Assembly: GCA_016432405.1 (NCBI GenBank)
Contig: CP066687.1
Span: forward strand, 411,040 to 475,039
Direction: 5' to 3'
Length of the DNA: 64,000 bases
Source: Candidatus Giovannonibacteria bacterium
GTDB taxonomy: Bacteria; Patescibacteriota; Minisyncoccia; UBA11713; 2-01-FULL-45-33
Under the pieces are notes generated by a model that did no database searches, had not been told where the DNA came from, and saw only the letters and a list, made by a program, of their open reading frames with translations. The position numbers and the translations under genes are program-made. Shown here piece after piece: positions 34,050 to 43,738 of this stretch (position 1 is its first letter; each line of letters begins with the position of its first letter).

Positions 34050-34356
34050 AAGGTGGCGGCACATAGCCGCCCGCTTCAGATTCTTTTTACAAACCGGGGC
34101 TGATTAAAAATAAGCGGTTTGATCTCGCTCTATGTCTCATAATTGCGCTCCTTCCAACGAACAAATACTAAAACAAGTTTAACGCGCAGCGCCGAGAAAG
34201 TCAATTGCTAAAATTGTTGTGTTTTTTATTTTGGTTTGCTATCATTTGAATGTATATGCAAACGAAAGATATTCAGAAAATTAAAAAAAACTGAAAGACC
34301 GAAAGGCAATTCTCCGATGCACCAATGCTTAAGGAGCGACTTGTAACCTAAACACT

Positions 34357-35781
34357 ATGAAAAATTTTGACTTAATCATCATCGGCGGCGGAGCGGGCGC
34401 GTTTGCCGCCGCTATCCGCGCCAATGAGCTAAAAGCGAAAACGGCGATTGTGAATGCCGGACTGCCGCTCGGCGGCACCTGCGTCAATGTTGGGTGCGTA
34501 CCGTCAAAGACGCTTCTTTACGCTGGTGAAGTGTTACATCACGCCAAACATCACGGCGTTCCCGGCGTTGAGCTTGAAGTGAAAAATTTTGATTTTCAAA
34601 AAGTCGTGCAAGACGAGCTCTCGCTTGTGGAAAAATTGCGTCAAGAGAAATACGAAAAAGTATTAAAAAATTTAGAGCATGTAACCGCCATCGAGGGCAA
34701 AGCAAAATTTGTTTCTCAAAACGAGGTAGAGGTGAATGGAGAAAAGTTGAGTGCGGAAAAATTTATTATCGCTGCCGGATCAACAGCAACAGTGCCGCCC
34801 ATAGAAAATATCCGCGAAGTCGGATTCGTTACGCATATTGAAGCGTTGCGACTTCCGCGCCAGCCGAAAGAGCTAGTTATCATCGGCGCGGGACCGCTTG
34901 GCTTAGAGTTTGCCCAGATGTTCGCTCGCTTTGGCACGAAAGTAACTGTTTTACAGCGCGGCGATTCAATTTTACCGCACTCTGAAAAAACTCTCACCGA
35001 TCGTCTCACCGAAATCCTCTCAAAAGAAGGAATTACTATCAAAACAAATGTTGAGGTAAAAAGCGCCCGCCTGCGCCAAGGCTCCGGCGGGCAAGCGCGC
35101 AAAGTATTGACATGCACACAAACCGACCTGTCCGCCGAAACTTCAGTGGAGGCGGATGAAATACTTTTAGCGGCAGGCAAAACGCCCAACACGCAAGGAC
35201 TCGGTCTCGATGTTGTTGGCGTTGAAATTGATAAACGGCAAGCAATCGTTGTCAATCAAAATTTCCAAACAACCGATAAAAACATTTTTGCAGTCGGCGA
35301 TGTTACAAACGGCCCCTTGCGGCTTGAGCCGACCGCCGGACGCGAGGGCACGCTTGCGGCAGAAAACGCACTCAAAGGTGCGGCACTTTCGATTGATTAC
35401 AACGCCGTACCCTACACCATTTTTACCGACCCCCAACTTGCGGGTGTCGGCTTTACCGAAGACGAGCAGATGAAGCAAATGGGCGTTTGTGCCTGCCGCA
35501 CGGTTTCGTTTGAAAATGTGCCGAAAGCGATTCTAATGCACCGCACCGAGGGAATGATAAAAATGGCAATTCACCCGCAAACAAAACAAATTCTCGGCGT
35601 GCATATTCTTGCGCCGAACGCCGGTGAGCTGATCGCCGAAGCGATGATGCTGGTAAAAAACAAAAATACGATTGACGATGTGGTGAATTCTCTCCCGATG
35701 TTCCCGACGCTTTCCGAGGCGATAAAGATTGTCGCACTCTCATTTACCAAAGATATTTCCAAATTAAGCTGTTGTATATGA
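34357..35781 (+). CDS. merA: Mercuric reductase MerA core (no N-terminal HMA domain)
   Basis: 474 aa class I pyridine-nucleotide-disulfide oxidoreductase (GGGAGAFAAA...GGTCVNVGCVPSK). The C-terminus FPTLSEAIKIVALSFTKDISKLSCCI matches the MerA-specific C-terminal vicinal Cys pair and the surrounding motif. Confidence 0.75.
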   Translation: MKNFDLIIIGGGAGAFAAAIRANELKAKTAIVNAGLPLGGTCVNVGCVPSKTLLYAGEVLHHAKHHGVPGVELEVKNFDFQKVVQDELSLVEKLRQEKYEKVLKNLEHVTAIEGKAKFVSQNEVEVNGEKLSAEKFIIAAGSTATVPPIENIREVGFVTHIEALRLPRQPKELVIIGAGPLGLEFAQMFARFGTKVTVLQRGDSILPHSEKTLTDRLTEILSKEGITIKTNVEVKSARLRQGSGGQARKVLTCTQTDLSAETSVEADEILLAAGKTPNTQGLGLDVVGVEIDKRQAIVVNQNFQTTDKNIFAVGDVTNGPLRLEPTAGREGTLAAENALKGAALSIDYNAVPYTIFTDPQLAGVGFTEDEQMKQMGVCACRTVSFENVPKAILMHRTEGMIKMAIHPQTKQILGVHILAPNAGELIAEAMMLVKNKNTIDDVVNSLPMFPTLSEAIKIVALSFTKDISKLSCCI

Positions 35782-36200
35782 AAAAATTTTTAAATCTTTT
35801 TGGAACCGGGGCATCTGGTATTATTGCCGTAGCAGTGTGTCCTTCCTGCATACCCGCTTTAGCTTCACTCGTTACCTCATTGGGGATTTGGCCATTCTTT
35901 CAACTGAAATATATGCAGCCATTGGCGATTATTGCCTTTCTTATCGGGCTTTTTGGCCTCATCTATTCTTGGCGGCGACATAAAAACTTCGTTCCTCTTA
36001 TAATTGGAATCGTCAGCATCTTTTGGCTTTATGTTGCTATATTCATCAAATTTTATACCATTCTTTACTGGCAGGTTTGGTTTCCTACGCTTTTACTAAT
36101 TTTTTCTTCCGCGATGAATCTCTACTTTGAAAAAACCTGCGCTTCTTGTAAAATATCTGCAGAGGTCGGGAAAAGCAATCAAGAAAAAATCTATGAATAA
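35772..36200 (+). CDS. MerC-like Hg(II) transporter (4-TM membrane protein with a CxxC in TM1)
   Basis: 142 aa. AVCPSCIPALASLVTSLGIW resembles the MerC GCAACFPALASFGAAIGLGF metal-binding helix. A second Cys pair, CASC, lies at the C-terminus. Confidence 0.5.
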   Translation: MYMKKFLNLFGTGASGIIAVAVCPSCIPALASLVTSLGIWPFFQLKYMQPLAIIAFLIGLFGLIYSWRRHKNFVPLIIGIVSIFWLYVAIFIKFYTILYWQVWFPTLLLIFSSAMNLYFEKTCASCKISAEVGKSNQEKIYE

Positions 36201-36768
36201 AAAAGTGCAATTTATAGTCGTTGGACTTTTCCTGCTATTTATCGGGGGCGTTTTTGTCCTTTCTTCAAAAGAAAAGGCTACCCCCTCTAATGTTTTAGTT
36301 CCTCAAACCTTGGCTGCAAAATTTGACTACCTTTCCAAAAACGGCAATTCGTCTTGCTCGGCCACATTCAGAGAATCAATTCCGTCAATGCCGGATACTG
36401 CTCGTCTTCAAGGTTCATGTTGCAGTCCTATGAGCATGCACCGCTACAACGAACAGATTGAAGGATTGAAAAAATATAGCAACATACCGGAAATTCCTCC
36501 TGACCCTTATGATGTTGAGGTCGGCCTCGCAAAAAAGCTGATGGGTTACTACGATATGAAACTCACGCCAGAAGAACAAAAGGTGTATGAATATGCAATG
36601 CAAAACTCCGATGAAAAAGGGCCGTGCTGTTGCAAGTGCTGGCGATGGTATGTGTATGGAGGACTGGGAAAACTTCTTATCCAAAAGTACGGTTTTACTG
36701 GCGAGCAAGTTACGGAAGTATGGAATTTGTCTGATGGCTGTGGAGGTGCAGACGATCATTTGCATTGA
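36193..36768 (+). CDS. Exported vicinal-cysteine-rich protein (novel, candidate Hg/thiol-metal binding). Start refined to MNKKVQF.
   Basis: N-terminal signal anchor (FIVVGLFLLFIGGVFVLSS). Motifs SCCSPM, GPCCCKCWRW, DGCGGADDH. Third gene of the mer locus. Confidence 0.5.
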   Translation: MNKKVQFIVVGLFLLFIGGVFVLSSKEKATPSNVLVPQTLAAKFDYLSKNGNSSCSATFRESIPSMPDTARLQGSCCSPMSMHRYNEQIEGLKKYSNIPEIPPDPYDVEVGLAKKLMGYYDMKLTPEEQKVYEYAMQNSDEKGPCCCKCWRWYVYGGLGKLLIQKYGFTGEQVTEVWNLSDGCGGADDHLH

Positions 36769-36881
36769 TTGAAACTTTGTAAGCCCGCCAAAAAATCGTC
36801 AGCCAAGCGAGTGCATGGCGGAAAAGAGGGAGGGTATGGGGGTCACAGCACCAGAGCAAAGCTCGGAAAGTCTAATTCCGG

Positions 36882-36953
36882 AGCCAACGGCCGGGATTGA
36901 ACCGGCGACCTACTCCTTACCATGGAGTTGCTCTACCGCTGAGCTACGTTGGC
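36882..36953 (-). tRNA. tRNA-Thr (anticodon GGT)
   Basis: Reverse-complement cloverleaf. Acceptor GCCAACG/CGTTGGC. D-arm GCTCAGCGGTAGAGC. Anticodon loop ATGGTAA. T-arm GCCGGTTCAATCCCGGC. CCA not encoded. Confidence 0.8.
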
Positions 36954-36968
36954 CTAAAAAATAATTTT

Positions 36969-37053
36969 TGCGCAGGGCAGGATTCGAACCTGCGTAGCCC
37001 TTCCGGGCGCGCGGTTTACAGCCGCGTGCGATTGACCACTCCGCCACCTGCGC
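36969..37053 (-). tRNA. tRNA-Tyr (anticodon GTA), class II with long variable arm
   Basis: Reverse complement: acceptor GCGCAGG/CCTGCGC. Anticodon stem CGCGG/CCGCG with loop CTGTAAA. Long variable arm GCCCGGAAGGGC. T-arm GCAGGTTCGAATCCTGC. Confidence 0.8.
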
Positions 37054-37056
37054 CTA

Positions 37057-39738
37057 TTACGCAACTATTTTAACCTTTTTCGGCTTTTCTGGCAAAGGTG
37101 CAGACAGTTTTTGGGCGGAGATTATAAACTCGCCGTTTTTGAACTCCACCGAAGCTACGTCTCCTTCCTTGATTTCTTTGGAGATAATTTTCTCCGCCAA
37201 GGGATTTAAAATCCTGTTTTGAATAAGGCGGCGCAGCGGCCGCGCGCCGTAATTTGGGTCGTAACCCTCTTTGGCCAGCGCGTCCTCGGCGGACTTCTGC
37301 ACCAAAATCTCAATGCCCCTGCCGCTTACGCGCCGGGCGAGCTTCATAATCTGTATTTTGGCGATTTGCTTCAGCATCTCCGGCGTCAGGGAATTAAATA
37401 TGATTATCTCGTCCAAGCGGTTTAAAAATTCCGGACGGAAATGGTTCTCCAGCGCGCGCTGGATTTTGGTTTTAAGCTCGTCTCCACGCTTGGCGGCTTT
37501 CCTGTCGCTCTCCGAAACAAACCCCAAACTCCCCATCTCGCGGATAAATTCCCCGCCTATATTGGAGGTCATGATTATAACCGTGTTTTTAAAATTTACG
37601 TGCCTTCCTTTGGCGTCGGTGAGGGTGCCGTTGTCCAAGATCTGGAGCATTATGTTGAATACCTCCGGATGCGCTTTTTCAATCTCGTCAAAAAGCAAAA
37701 CGGCGTAAGGCCTGTGGCGGATGGCTTCAGTAAGATGTCCGCTTTCTTCATAGCCGACGTATCCCGGCGGCGAGCCGATGAATTTGGAGACGGCGTGCCG
37801 CTCCATGTATTCCGACATATCCACCCGCACCAGCGCTTTTTCATCGTTGAAAAGAAACTCAGCCAAGGCCAGAGCCAGCTCGGTTTTTCCAACCCCCGTC
37901 GGCCCCAAAAACATGAATGATCCTATGGGCCGCTTCTCGTCCGCGATGCCGGCGCGCGAGCGGCGGATGGCCTGGGACACTTTTTCAATAACCTCTTCCT
38001 GGCCCACAACGCGCTTTTTAAGCTCGCCCTCCATTCTCAAAAGTTTTTTGGCTTCGGATTCAAGCATCCGGCGCACGGGTACGCCCGTCCATTTTGAAAC
38101 AATGTCGGCAATGTCCTCTTCAATGATTTCTTCGCGCAAAATGCGTTTTGACCCCTGCAGTTTCCGGAGCTTGCCCTCTTCGGCAAACAGCTTTTTTTGG
38201 AGTTCCGGAACGCGTCCGTAGCGGATTTCGGCGACTTTCGCCAAATCTCCCTTCCGCTCCGCCGCCTCCGATTCCTGGCGCAAAACGTCCAAATCCTTTT
38301 TCAGCTGGCGGATGGAATCTATGGTTTCCTTCTCATGCTTCCAGCGGAGCTCCAGCCCGCCGGTTTTTTCCTTAAGCTCTCCGAGCTGTTTGTGTATTTT
38401 TCTCACTTTTTGCTTATTGTCCGCGACATTTTCTTCCTTTTTCAGCGCCTCCTTTTCAATCTCCAGCCGCATCGTTTCCCTCCTGGTTTCCTCCAGTTCG
38501 TTCGGCATGCTGTCCATCTGAAGGCGCAAGGAAGAGGCGGCTTCGTCTATAAGGTCAATGGCTTTGTCCGGCAGAAAGCGGTCGGTGATGTAGCGCGCGG
38601 AAAGATTTACTGCCGCGGTTATCGCCGCATCGGTAATTTTTATGCCGTGGTGCAGCTCGTACTTGCTTTTGATGCCGCGAAGAATTGAAATCGTGTCCTC
38701 GGTTGAGGGCTCCTCCACGTAAACCGGCTGGAAACGTCTGGCCAGCGCCGCGTCCTTTTCTATATATTTCTGGTATTCCTTTAAAGTCGTGGCGCCGATC
38801 GCGTGCAGCTCTCCGCGCGCCAAAGCGGGTTTTAACATATTGGACGCGTCCATAGACCCCTCGGCGGCTCCGGCGCCCACAAGCGTATGGAGTTCGTCTA
38901 TGAATAATATGAATTTGCCGGAGGCGCGCTCCAACTCTTTCATTACCGCCTTTAAACGTTCCTCAAATTCTCCCCTGTATTTCGTCCCGGCCACCAAAGC
39001 GCCCAAATCAAGTGAAATCAATTCCCTGTCTTTCAGGCCTTCCGGAACGTCTCCGGAGGCGATGCGCAGAGCCAAGCCCTCAACGATAGCGGTTTTTCCC
39101 ACGCCGGCCTCGCCTATCAAAACCGGATTGTTTTTCGTCCGGCGGGAAAGCACCTGCATCACCCGCCTGATTTCGCCGTCCCGGCCGATAACCGGGTCAA
39201 GCTTGTCTTCGCGCGCGAGACGGGTCAGATTTCTGGCGTATCTTTCAAGCGCGCGGTATTTGTGTTCCGGCTCGGCGTCCGTAACCCTCTGGGTTCCGCG
39301 TATGTCGGCAAGCGCCCGCAAAACCATTTCGCGGTTTAAAGAAAATCTGGAAAGCAAATCTTTCGCGCGCGACGGCGCTTCCAAAATACCCAAAAACAGG
39401 TGCTCGGTTGAAATGAATTCGTCTTTTAAAAAGATAGCCGACTTGTGGGCTTCTTCCAAAATTCTGGCCAGCTCCGGCGTCAAATAAATCTGGTGCGCCG
39501 GGGAAAGCACGCTGGAGCGGATGGGGCTCTCAAGCTCGCCCATCATCAAATCCAAAAGGCCGGCGTGGTCTATTTCCAATTTGTCCAGCAAAGACGGCAC
39601 GACGCCTTCTTCCTGCAAAATCAGCGCGGCCAAAAGGTGCGAGCCGTCTATCTGGCTGGACCCGCGCTCTATCGCCAGCTCATGCGCCTTTTTCAAGGCC
39701 TCCTGCGCCTTTATCGTAAATTGTCCTAATGGAGGCAT
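37057..39738 (-). CDS. clpB: Chaperone ClpB (two AAA+ modules plus coiled-coil M-domain)
   Basis: 893 aa. Clp N-domain, Walker A GEAGVGKT and GPTGVGKT, a long M-domain coiled coil, and sensor/arginine fingers. Confidence 0.9.
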   Translation of the reverse strand: MPPLGQFTIKAQEALKKAHELAIERGSSQIDGSHLLAALILQEEGVVPSLLDKLEIDHAGLLDLMMGELESPIRSSVLSPAHQIYLTPELARILEEAHKSAIFLKDEFISTEHLFLGILEAPSRAKDLLSRFSLNREMVLRALADIRGTQRVTDAEPEHKYRALERYARNLTRLAREDKLDPVIGRDGEIRRVMQVLSRRTKNNPVLIGEAGVGKTAIVEGLALRIASGDVPEGLKDRELISLDLGALVAGTKYRGEFEERLKAVMKELERASGKFILFIDELHTLVGAGAAEGSMDASNMLKPALARGELHAIGATTLKEYQKYIEKDAALARRFQPVYVEEPSTEDTISILRGIKSKYELHHGIKITDAAITAAVNLSARYITDRFLPDKAIDLIDEAASSLRLQMDSMPNELEETRRETMRLEIEKEALKKEENVADNKQKVRKIHKQLGELKEKTGGLELRWKHEKETIDSIRQLKKDLDVLRQESEAAERKGDLAKVAEIRYGRVPELQKKLFAEEGKLRKLQGSKRILREEIIEEDIADIVSKWTGVPVRRMLESEAKKLLRMEGELKKRVVGQEEVIEKVSQAIRRSRAGIADEKRPIGSFMFLGPTGVGKTELALALAEFLFNDEKALVRVDMSEYMERHAVSKFIGSPPGYVGYEESGHLTEAIRHRPYAVLLFDEIEKAHPEVFNIMLQILDNGTLTDAKGRHVNFKNTVIIMTSNIGGEFIREMGSLGFVSESDRKAAKRGDELKTKIQRALENHFRPEFLNRLDEIIIFNSLTPEMLKQIAKIQIMKLARRVSGRGIEILVQKSAEDALAKEGYDPNYGARPLRRLIQNRILNPLAEKIISKEIKEGDVASVEFKNGEFIISAQKLSAPLPEKPKKVKIVA

Positions 39739-39803
39739 TGTTTTTTTATTAACTCTATGCTAGCATAAAAATCAGAGTAAATCAAACCTTAAGGAGGTGT
39801 ACT

Positions 39804-40115
39804 ATGCTACCAGAAGTGAAATGTGAGGTCGCGAAAGAAGAATGCGATTTTGTATGGCTGAATGCAGAGGCATGTGGGCCAGTTGATCCTATGTGTCATT
39901 CTAAGTCGTTGGTAATCCTGGCATACGAGCACTATGAGGACCATCGTTGCTTTTCGCATGCGGCATATGATTTAGCAGAGACCCTCTGCAAACAAATCGG
40001 TATTCCGAGAACCGACGTACCCACAAAAGCTTTCAAGTCGCTACGTTTCTTTTTCGCGGCGTATATTTTAAAAAAACTTCATCCACTAGCAATAAAAACA
40101 CCGCGCGCCTCATAA
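39804..40115 (+). CDS. Hypothetical small Cys/His-containing protein
   Basis: 103-aa ORF in a low-GC islet after clpB. No family recognised. Confidence 0.3.
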   Translation: MLPEVKCEVAKEECDFVWLNAEACGPVDPMCHSKSLVILAYEHYEDHRCFSHAAYDLAETLCKQIGIPRTDVPTKAFKSLRFFFAAYILKKLHPLAIKTPRAS

Positions 40116-40190
40116 TTATTCTCACCACAGGCTTACCAAGTTTGATAAGCCCTTTTTTTATTTTTATCTACGCCATGATACTTTTTATAT

Positions 40191-40472
40191 TTATTTCTTA
40201 TACAGTCGTTTGTAAATCTCATCGCGATGTTCAACAAAATATAAAACTATCTCTTTCTTCTCATGGTTTACCCAAAAGAAAACACGCCAGTCGCCAACGC
40301 GTGTTTTATGAAGGCCAATTAAATCTTTCGGCAGCCCGCCCATTGGCCTTGGTATCAAAGCAGGATTTTCTGCCAGCCGATCGAGTTTTTCTATAACCCG
40401 CCTGGAGATATTGTTATCAAGTTTATCAAGGCTCTTATCAAAAGTCGGAAGAGGCCTAAGGTTATATGCCAT
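40191..40472 (-). CDS. RelE/ParE-family type II toxin. Start refined to MAYNLRPL.
   Basis: The C-terminal LHKTRVGDWRVFFWVNHEKKEIVLYFVEHRDEIYK matches the RelE/ParE fold signature. Overlaps the upstream antitoxin gene. Confidence 0.7.
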   Translation of the reverse strand: MAYNLRPLPTFDKSLDKLDNNISRRVIEKLDRLAENPALIPRPMGGLPKDLIGLHKTRVGDWRVFFWVNHEKKEIVLYFVEHRDEIYKRLYKK

Positions 40473-40671
40473 ATCTCGATCTGACTTTCTCCCAATCAAG
40501 AAATTGGCCCTTTTTATGTTCATGGCGCGCCTTGCGAGCTTGGGCGATAAAGTTCTTATTTCGGCTCAACATATAATTCTCGAGTTCGTCTTGGGCTCGC
40601 TCAAAATGCTCGGTGGCTTTAACTAAGTCATCAAAAACTTTTTTAGGCAATGTTATAGTCGTTCCATTCAT
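40462..40671 (-). CDS. Putative antitoxin partner of the RelE-like toxin
   Basis: 69 aa, immediately upstream of and overlapping the toxin. The C-terminal YMLSRNKNFIAQARKARHEHKKGQF resembles YefM/Phd-type C-terminal toxin-binding segments. Confidence 0.5.
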   Translation of the reverse strand: MNGTTITLPKKVFDDLVKATEHFERAQDELENYMLSRNKNFIAQARKARHEHKKGQFLDWEKVRSRYGI

Positions 40672-40709
40672 ATTATAAAATTAGCACGGAAGAATGAGAA
40701 AATCAAGTT

Positions 40710-41042
40710 TTATGCCCCAAGCCGGACGGCGTAAGCGAATTGCAGGAAGTATTTTTCCAAATCCTCAAGCGAACTTTTGTATTCCGCTCCGCCGGAAATT
40801 GCATCGCAAAAAACTTCCCTGGCCCGTGCGATTTCCAAAAGTCGGCCGCGCCAGCGCTTGTCTTCAAGCGTCAGGTCAAAAAGCTCAAGCGCCCGCTCCA
40901 CAGCGCCGTCATACAATTTTTTATCTTTTGCCCGCCAACTTGCAGCACGCGACACCTCGCTGCCGATATTTCCCATCTGCTCCTTAAGCGAGAGCCGCGA
41001 CCATCCTCCGTTCGCGAGTTCTTTGTGCGTAAATTTCCTCAC
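40710..41042 (-). CDS. Hypothetical all-helical protein, second gene of an overlapping two-gene cassette
   Basis: 110 aa. 4-nt ATGA overlap with the upstream gene. No HEPN Rx4-6H motif. Family not recognised. Confidence 0.4.
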   Translation of the reverse strand: MRKFTHKELANGGWSRLSLKEQMGNIGSEVSRAASWRAKDKKLYDGAVERALELFDLTLEDKRWRGRLLEIARAREVFCDAISGGAEYKSSLEDLEKYFLQFAYAVRLGA

Positions 41043-41389
41043 GGCTTTACCAATCTGCGCACAATCGCCTTAATTTGCTCTCTGATAGCCGGGCTTTCAA
41101 TCCCGCGAGAACGGTTCCCAAAAGCCGGCTTTATGTTAACCATTGAATCAAACTCAATAAACTCATCGCCGGATTTTTCAGTGTATAAATTTACCCCCCA
41201 CGTATTTTCGCGGCTTGAACCTTCGCGCTCAACAAGCAAGGCCTCTTCGTCCGCGTGCAATTCGCCGCCAACCGCCATTATTCCTTGTTTAATGTCCACT
41301 ACCGCTTTTACAAAATTCCCGAACCCAGCTTTGGCGACTGCTTGAAATTCATTTTTGCCTGTTGGCTCTTTAATTATCTTTACATCCAT
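41039..41389 (-). CDS. Hypothetical protein, first gene of an overlapping two-gene cassette
   Basis: 116 aa with mixed alpha/beta character (GIMAVGGELHADEEALLVEREG...). Family not recognised. Confidence 0.4.
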   Translation of the reverse strand: MDVKIIKEPTGKNEFQAVAKAGFGNFVKAVVDIKQGIMAVGGELHADEEALLVEREGSSRENTWGVNLYTEKSGDEFIEFDSMVNIKPAFGNRSRGIESPAIREQIKAIVRRLVKP

Positions 41390-41413
41390 AATTTTAATCC
41401 GTAAACAATAAAC

Positions 41414-42664
41414 TCAAAAATTCTTGCGCTCTTCAAGAGTCAGCTCCAGTTTTATTTCGCGTCCGTCGCGCAAAATTTTGATTGTGACTTTATCGCCGAC
41501 GCTGTGAAGCTGAATAAGCTTGTTCAAAGGATTATCTATATTTACTTTAATCCCGCCGAATTCCAGAATAATGTCGCTCTCCTTTATCCCTGCCTTGGAC
41601 GCCGGCGAATTTAAAAGCACTGCATCCTCGCCCCCCGCGCCTTGGGTAATCAGCGCGCCATAATCAACGGACAATTTATTTTTCTCCTTAAGCTGGGGCG
41701 TAACAAGCACGTATCTCACGCCGACGTACGGATTTACTATCCTGCCTTTTGTCTGGACGTCGCGGAGCGCGCGCTTGATTTGGTTTATGGGAATCGCAAA
41801 CCCCACATTTTCCGCGTTTTGGGCTTTGGCCGTGTTTAAACCGATCGCCCCGCCTCTTAAATTCAAAAGCGGCCCGCCGGAATTGCCCAGATTGATTGCG
41901 GCATCCGTTTGAATCAACTGCGAAAGTTCCTCCGGCCCGGAAAGCGCGCCGGAAGCGATAATTGTCCGGCGGAGCCCGGAGATTACGCCTATGGAAACCG
42001 TGTTTTGAAATTCCCCCAGAGCGTTCCCGATGGCTATCGCCGTCTGGCCTATCCGCAAAGATTCGGAATCGCCCAAATCAATGGGGACATACGTTCCGTC
42101 CACCTTAAGTACGGCTGCGTCGTTCAAAACGTCGCGCGCCAAAACTTTCGCTTTTAACTTTCTCCCGTCGTTCATGATAACCGAATATTCCGCTTCGGCG
42201 TCTTCAACAACATGCCTGTTGGTCAGGATATATCCGTCAGAAGAAACAAAAAATCCGCTGCCGGAGGAAACCTGTCGCCTCTCCGTGCCGCGCTGGCGGT
42301 ACTGCGGTATCCTGATGTCGCCGAAAAAATCGTCGTTCGGAAACGGATTTATAAAATACTGCTCAATTACCGGTATATCCTTTGCGGCAACAATGCTCAC
42401 CACCGACGGAGAGACCCTTTGCACGATGTCTTCAATTAAAACATCTCTGGCCATGGCGTTCGCCTCCAGTTCTTTTTTCTCGTCTTTCTTTAAGGGCTCC
42501 GGCAAAGAGCCGATGGTTTTTTCAATGACGCGCTGGACGGTCTGGGTGATGGGCTGCGGCGCCTGGTTAAGCAAGGTCACGGCAACAATGCCTGTAACCA
42601 AAGCGGTCACGAAGCTTACCAAAAGCACCAAAAGGACAAGCTGCTGTTTAGACATGTCGTTCAT
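41414..42664 (-). CDS. htrA: HtrA/DegP-family serine protease with PDZ domain
   Basis: 416 aa. N-terminal TM, catalytic triad context (TNRHVV, D, GNSGGPLLN), and a C-terminal PDZ. Confidence 0.85.
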   Translation of the reverse strand: MNDMSKQQLVLLVLLVSFVTALVTGIVAVTLLNQAPQPITQTVQRVIEKTIGSLPEPLKKDEKKELEANAMARDVLIEDIVQRVSPSVVSIVAAKDIPVIEQYFINPFPNDDFFGDIRIPQYRQRGTERRQVSSGSGFFVSSDGYILTNRHVVEDAEAEYSVIMNDGRKLKAKVLARDVLNDAAVLKVDGTYVPIDLGDSESLRIGQTAIAIGNALGEFQNTVSIGVISGLRRTIIASGALSGPEELSQLIQTDAAINLGNSGGPLLNLRGGAIGLNTAKAQNAENVGFAIPINQIKRALRDVQTKGRIVNPYVGVRYVLVTPQLKEKNKLSVDYGALITQGAGGEDAVLLNSPASKAGIKESDIILEFGGIKVNIDNPLNKLIQLHSVGDKVTIKILRDGREIKLELTLEERKNF

Positions 42665-42673
42665 AGATTTATT

Positions 42674-42898
42674 TTAGTCAACTGCCTCCACTTTTTCAAC
42701 TCCTCTCACCTTTTCTTTAAGCAACGCTTCAATGCCGGTTTTGAGCGTAAGATTTGAAAGCGGGCATCCCTTGCATGTGCCCTGAAATCGCACCGAAACC
42801 ACACCATTTTCAAAACCGACAAAATCCAAAGACCCCAAATGCAATTTCAGCATCGGCTTTATCTCTTTTTCCAAAATTTCCTTGATTTCCGCCTCCAT
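42674..42898 (-). CDS. NifU C-terminal-domain (Nfu-type) Fe-S cluster carrier
   Basis: 74 aa with motif GTCKGCPLS (CxxC). Confidence 0.8.
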   Translation of the reverse strand: MEAEIKEILEKEIKPMLKLHLGSLDFVGFENGVVSVRFQGTCKGCPLSNLTLKTGIEALLKEKVRGVEKVEAVD

Positions 42899-43500
42899 TA
42901 TTTTTTCAAAAAAAACAGGCTGTATTCCGAAATTCGCATGTCTACGTATTTCCAGTCAATGTTTTTGAAAAACGCCTCAATGTATGCCTTGCGGCCCGTG
43001 GCGTAGTCAATAAAATACGCATGCTCGTAGACGTCCATGATAAGCAGCGCGAGCATGTTCCACGGAGCGCCTTGATTGTGCGAATCGCAAAGGATGTTTT
43101 TTAATTTTTTCTCGTCCAAATCATACCCCAAAACAACCCAGCCGCGCGCGCATAGCCCCATCGCCTTAAATTCTTTCTCCCAATTTTCATAAGAGCCGAA
43201 ATCACGCTCTAACATTTCCCTAATTTTACCGGAGGGAAGATTGCCCGCACTCACCATGTTATCAAAATATCCCTCGTGCAATTTTACGCCGTTTAGCGCG
43301 AAAGTTTCCTCCATTTTTAGTTCCCTAAGTTCGGAGTAGGTCGCATTTGCCGACGAGATATCGACGCTTTTTAATTTTTCTTCAATCTCCCCTATTTTTT
43401 TGACGTATCCGGCGTAGAGCACGTCGTGGTGCTCACGCAACTGCTTCTCCGAAAGCCCGTCTAACTCGGTGTATTTTAATTTTTTTATTTCTCGTGCCAT
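42898..43500 (-). CDS. sodA: Fe/Mn superoxide dismutase. Start refined to MAREIKKLKY.
   Basis: About 201 aa. HHDVLYAGYV (metal-ligand His pair region) and the C-terminal DVYEHAYFIDY signature. The 70-aa N-terminal extension in the ORF track is rejected. Confidence 0.85.
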   Translation of the reverse strand: MAREIKKLKYTELDGLSEKQLREHHDVLYAGYVKKIGEIEEKLKSVDISSANATYSELRELKMEETFALNGVKLHEGYFDNMVSAGNLPSGKIREMLERDFGSYENWEKEFKAMGLCARGWVVLGYDLDEKKLKNILCDSHNQGAPWNMLALLIMDVYEHAYFIDYATGRKAYIEAFFKNIDWKYVDMRISEYSLFFLKK

Positions 43501-43510
43501 AAATTTATAA

Positions 43511-43738
43511 TTATTCCGGATAAATTTTGTTTCCATCCTTGTCATAAAGCGAAATCGCGCGCGTGGGGCAGGACTGCGCCGCCAAAAGAATGGTCTCATC
43601 GTCCGCGCCTTCTGAATTAACCACATAGGCCTTGTTTTCATTATCCAGCGCGAAGACCCCGGGGGCAATGGCCACGCAGCTTGCCGCACCAATGCAAAGC
43701 TCCCGGTCAACATAAATTTTCGCGATTTTTTTATCCAT
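43511..43738 (-). CDS. 4Fe-4S single-cluster ferredoxin. Start refined to MDKKIAKIYVD.
   Basis: CIGAASCVAIAP...C (Cys-x2-Ala-x2-Cys...Cys-Pro pattern) is typical of small bacterial/archaeal ferredoxins. Confidence 0.7.
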   Translation of the reverse strand: MDKKIAKIYVDRELCIGAASCVAIAPGVFALDNENKAYVVNSEGADDETILLAAQSCPTRAISLYDKDGNKIYPE

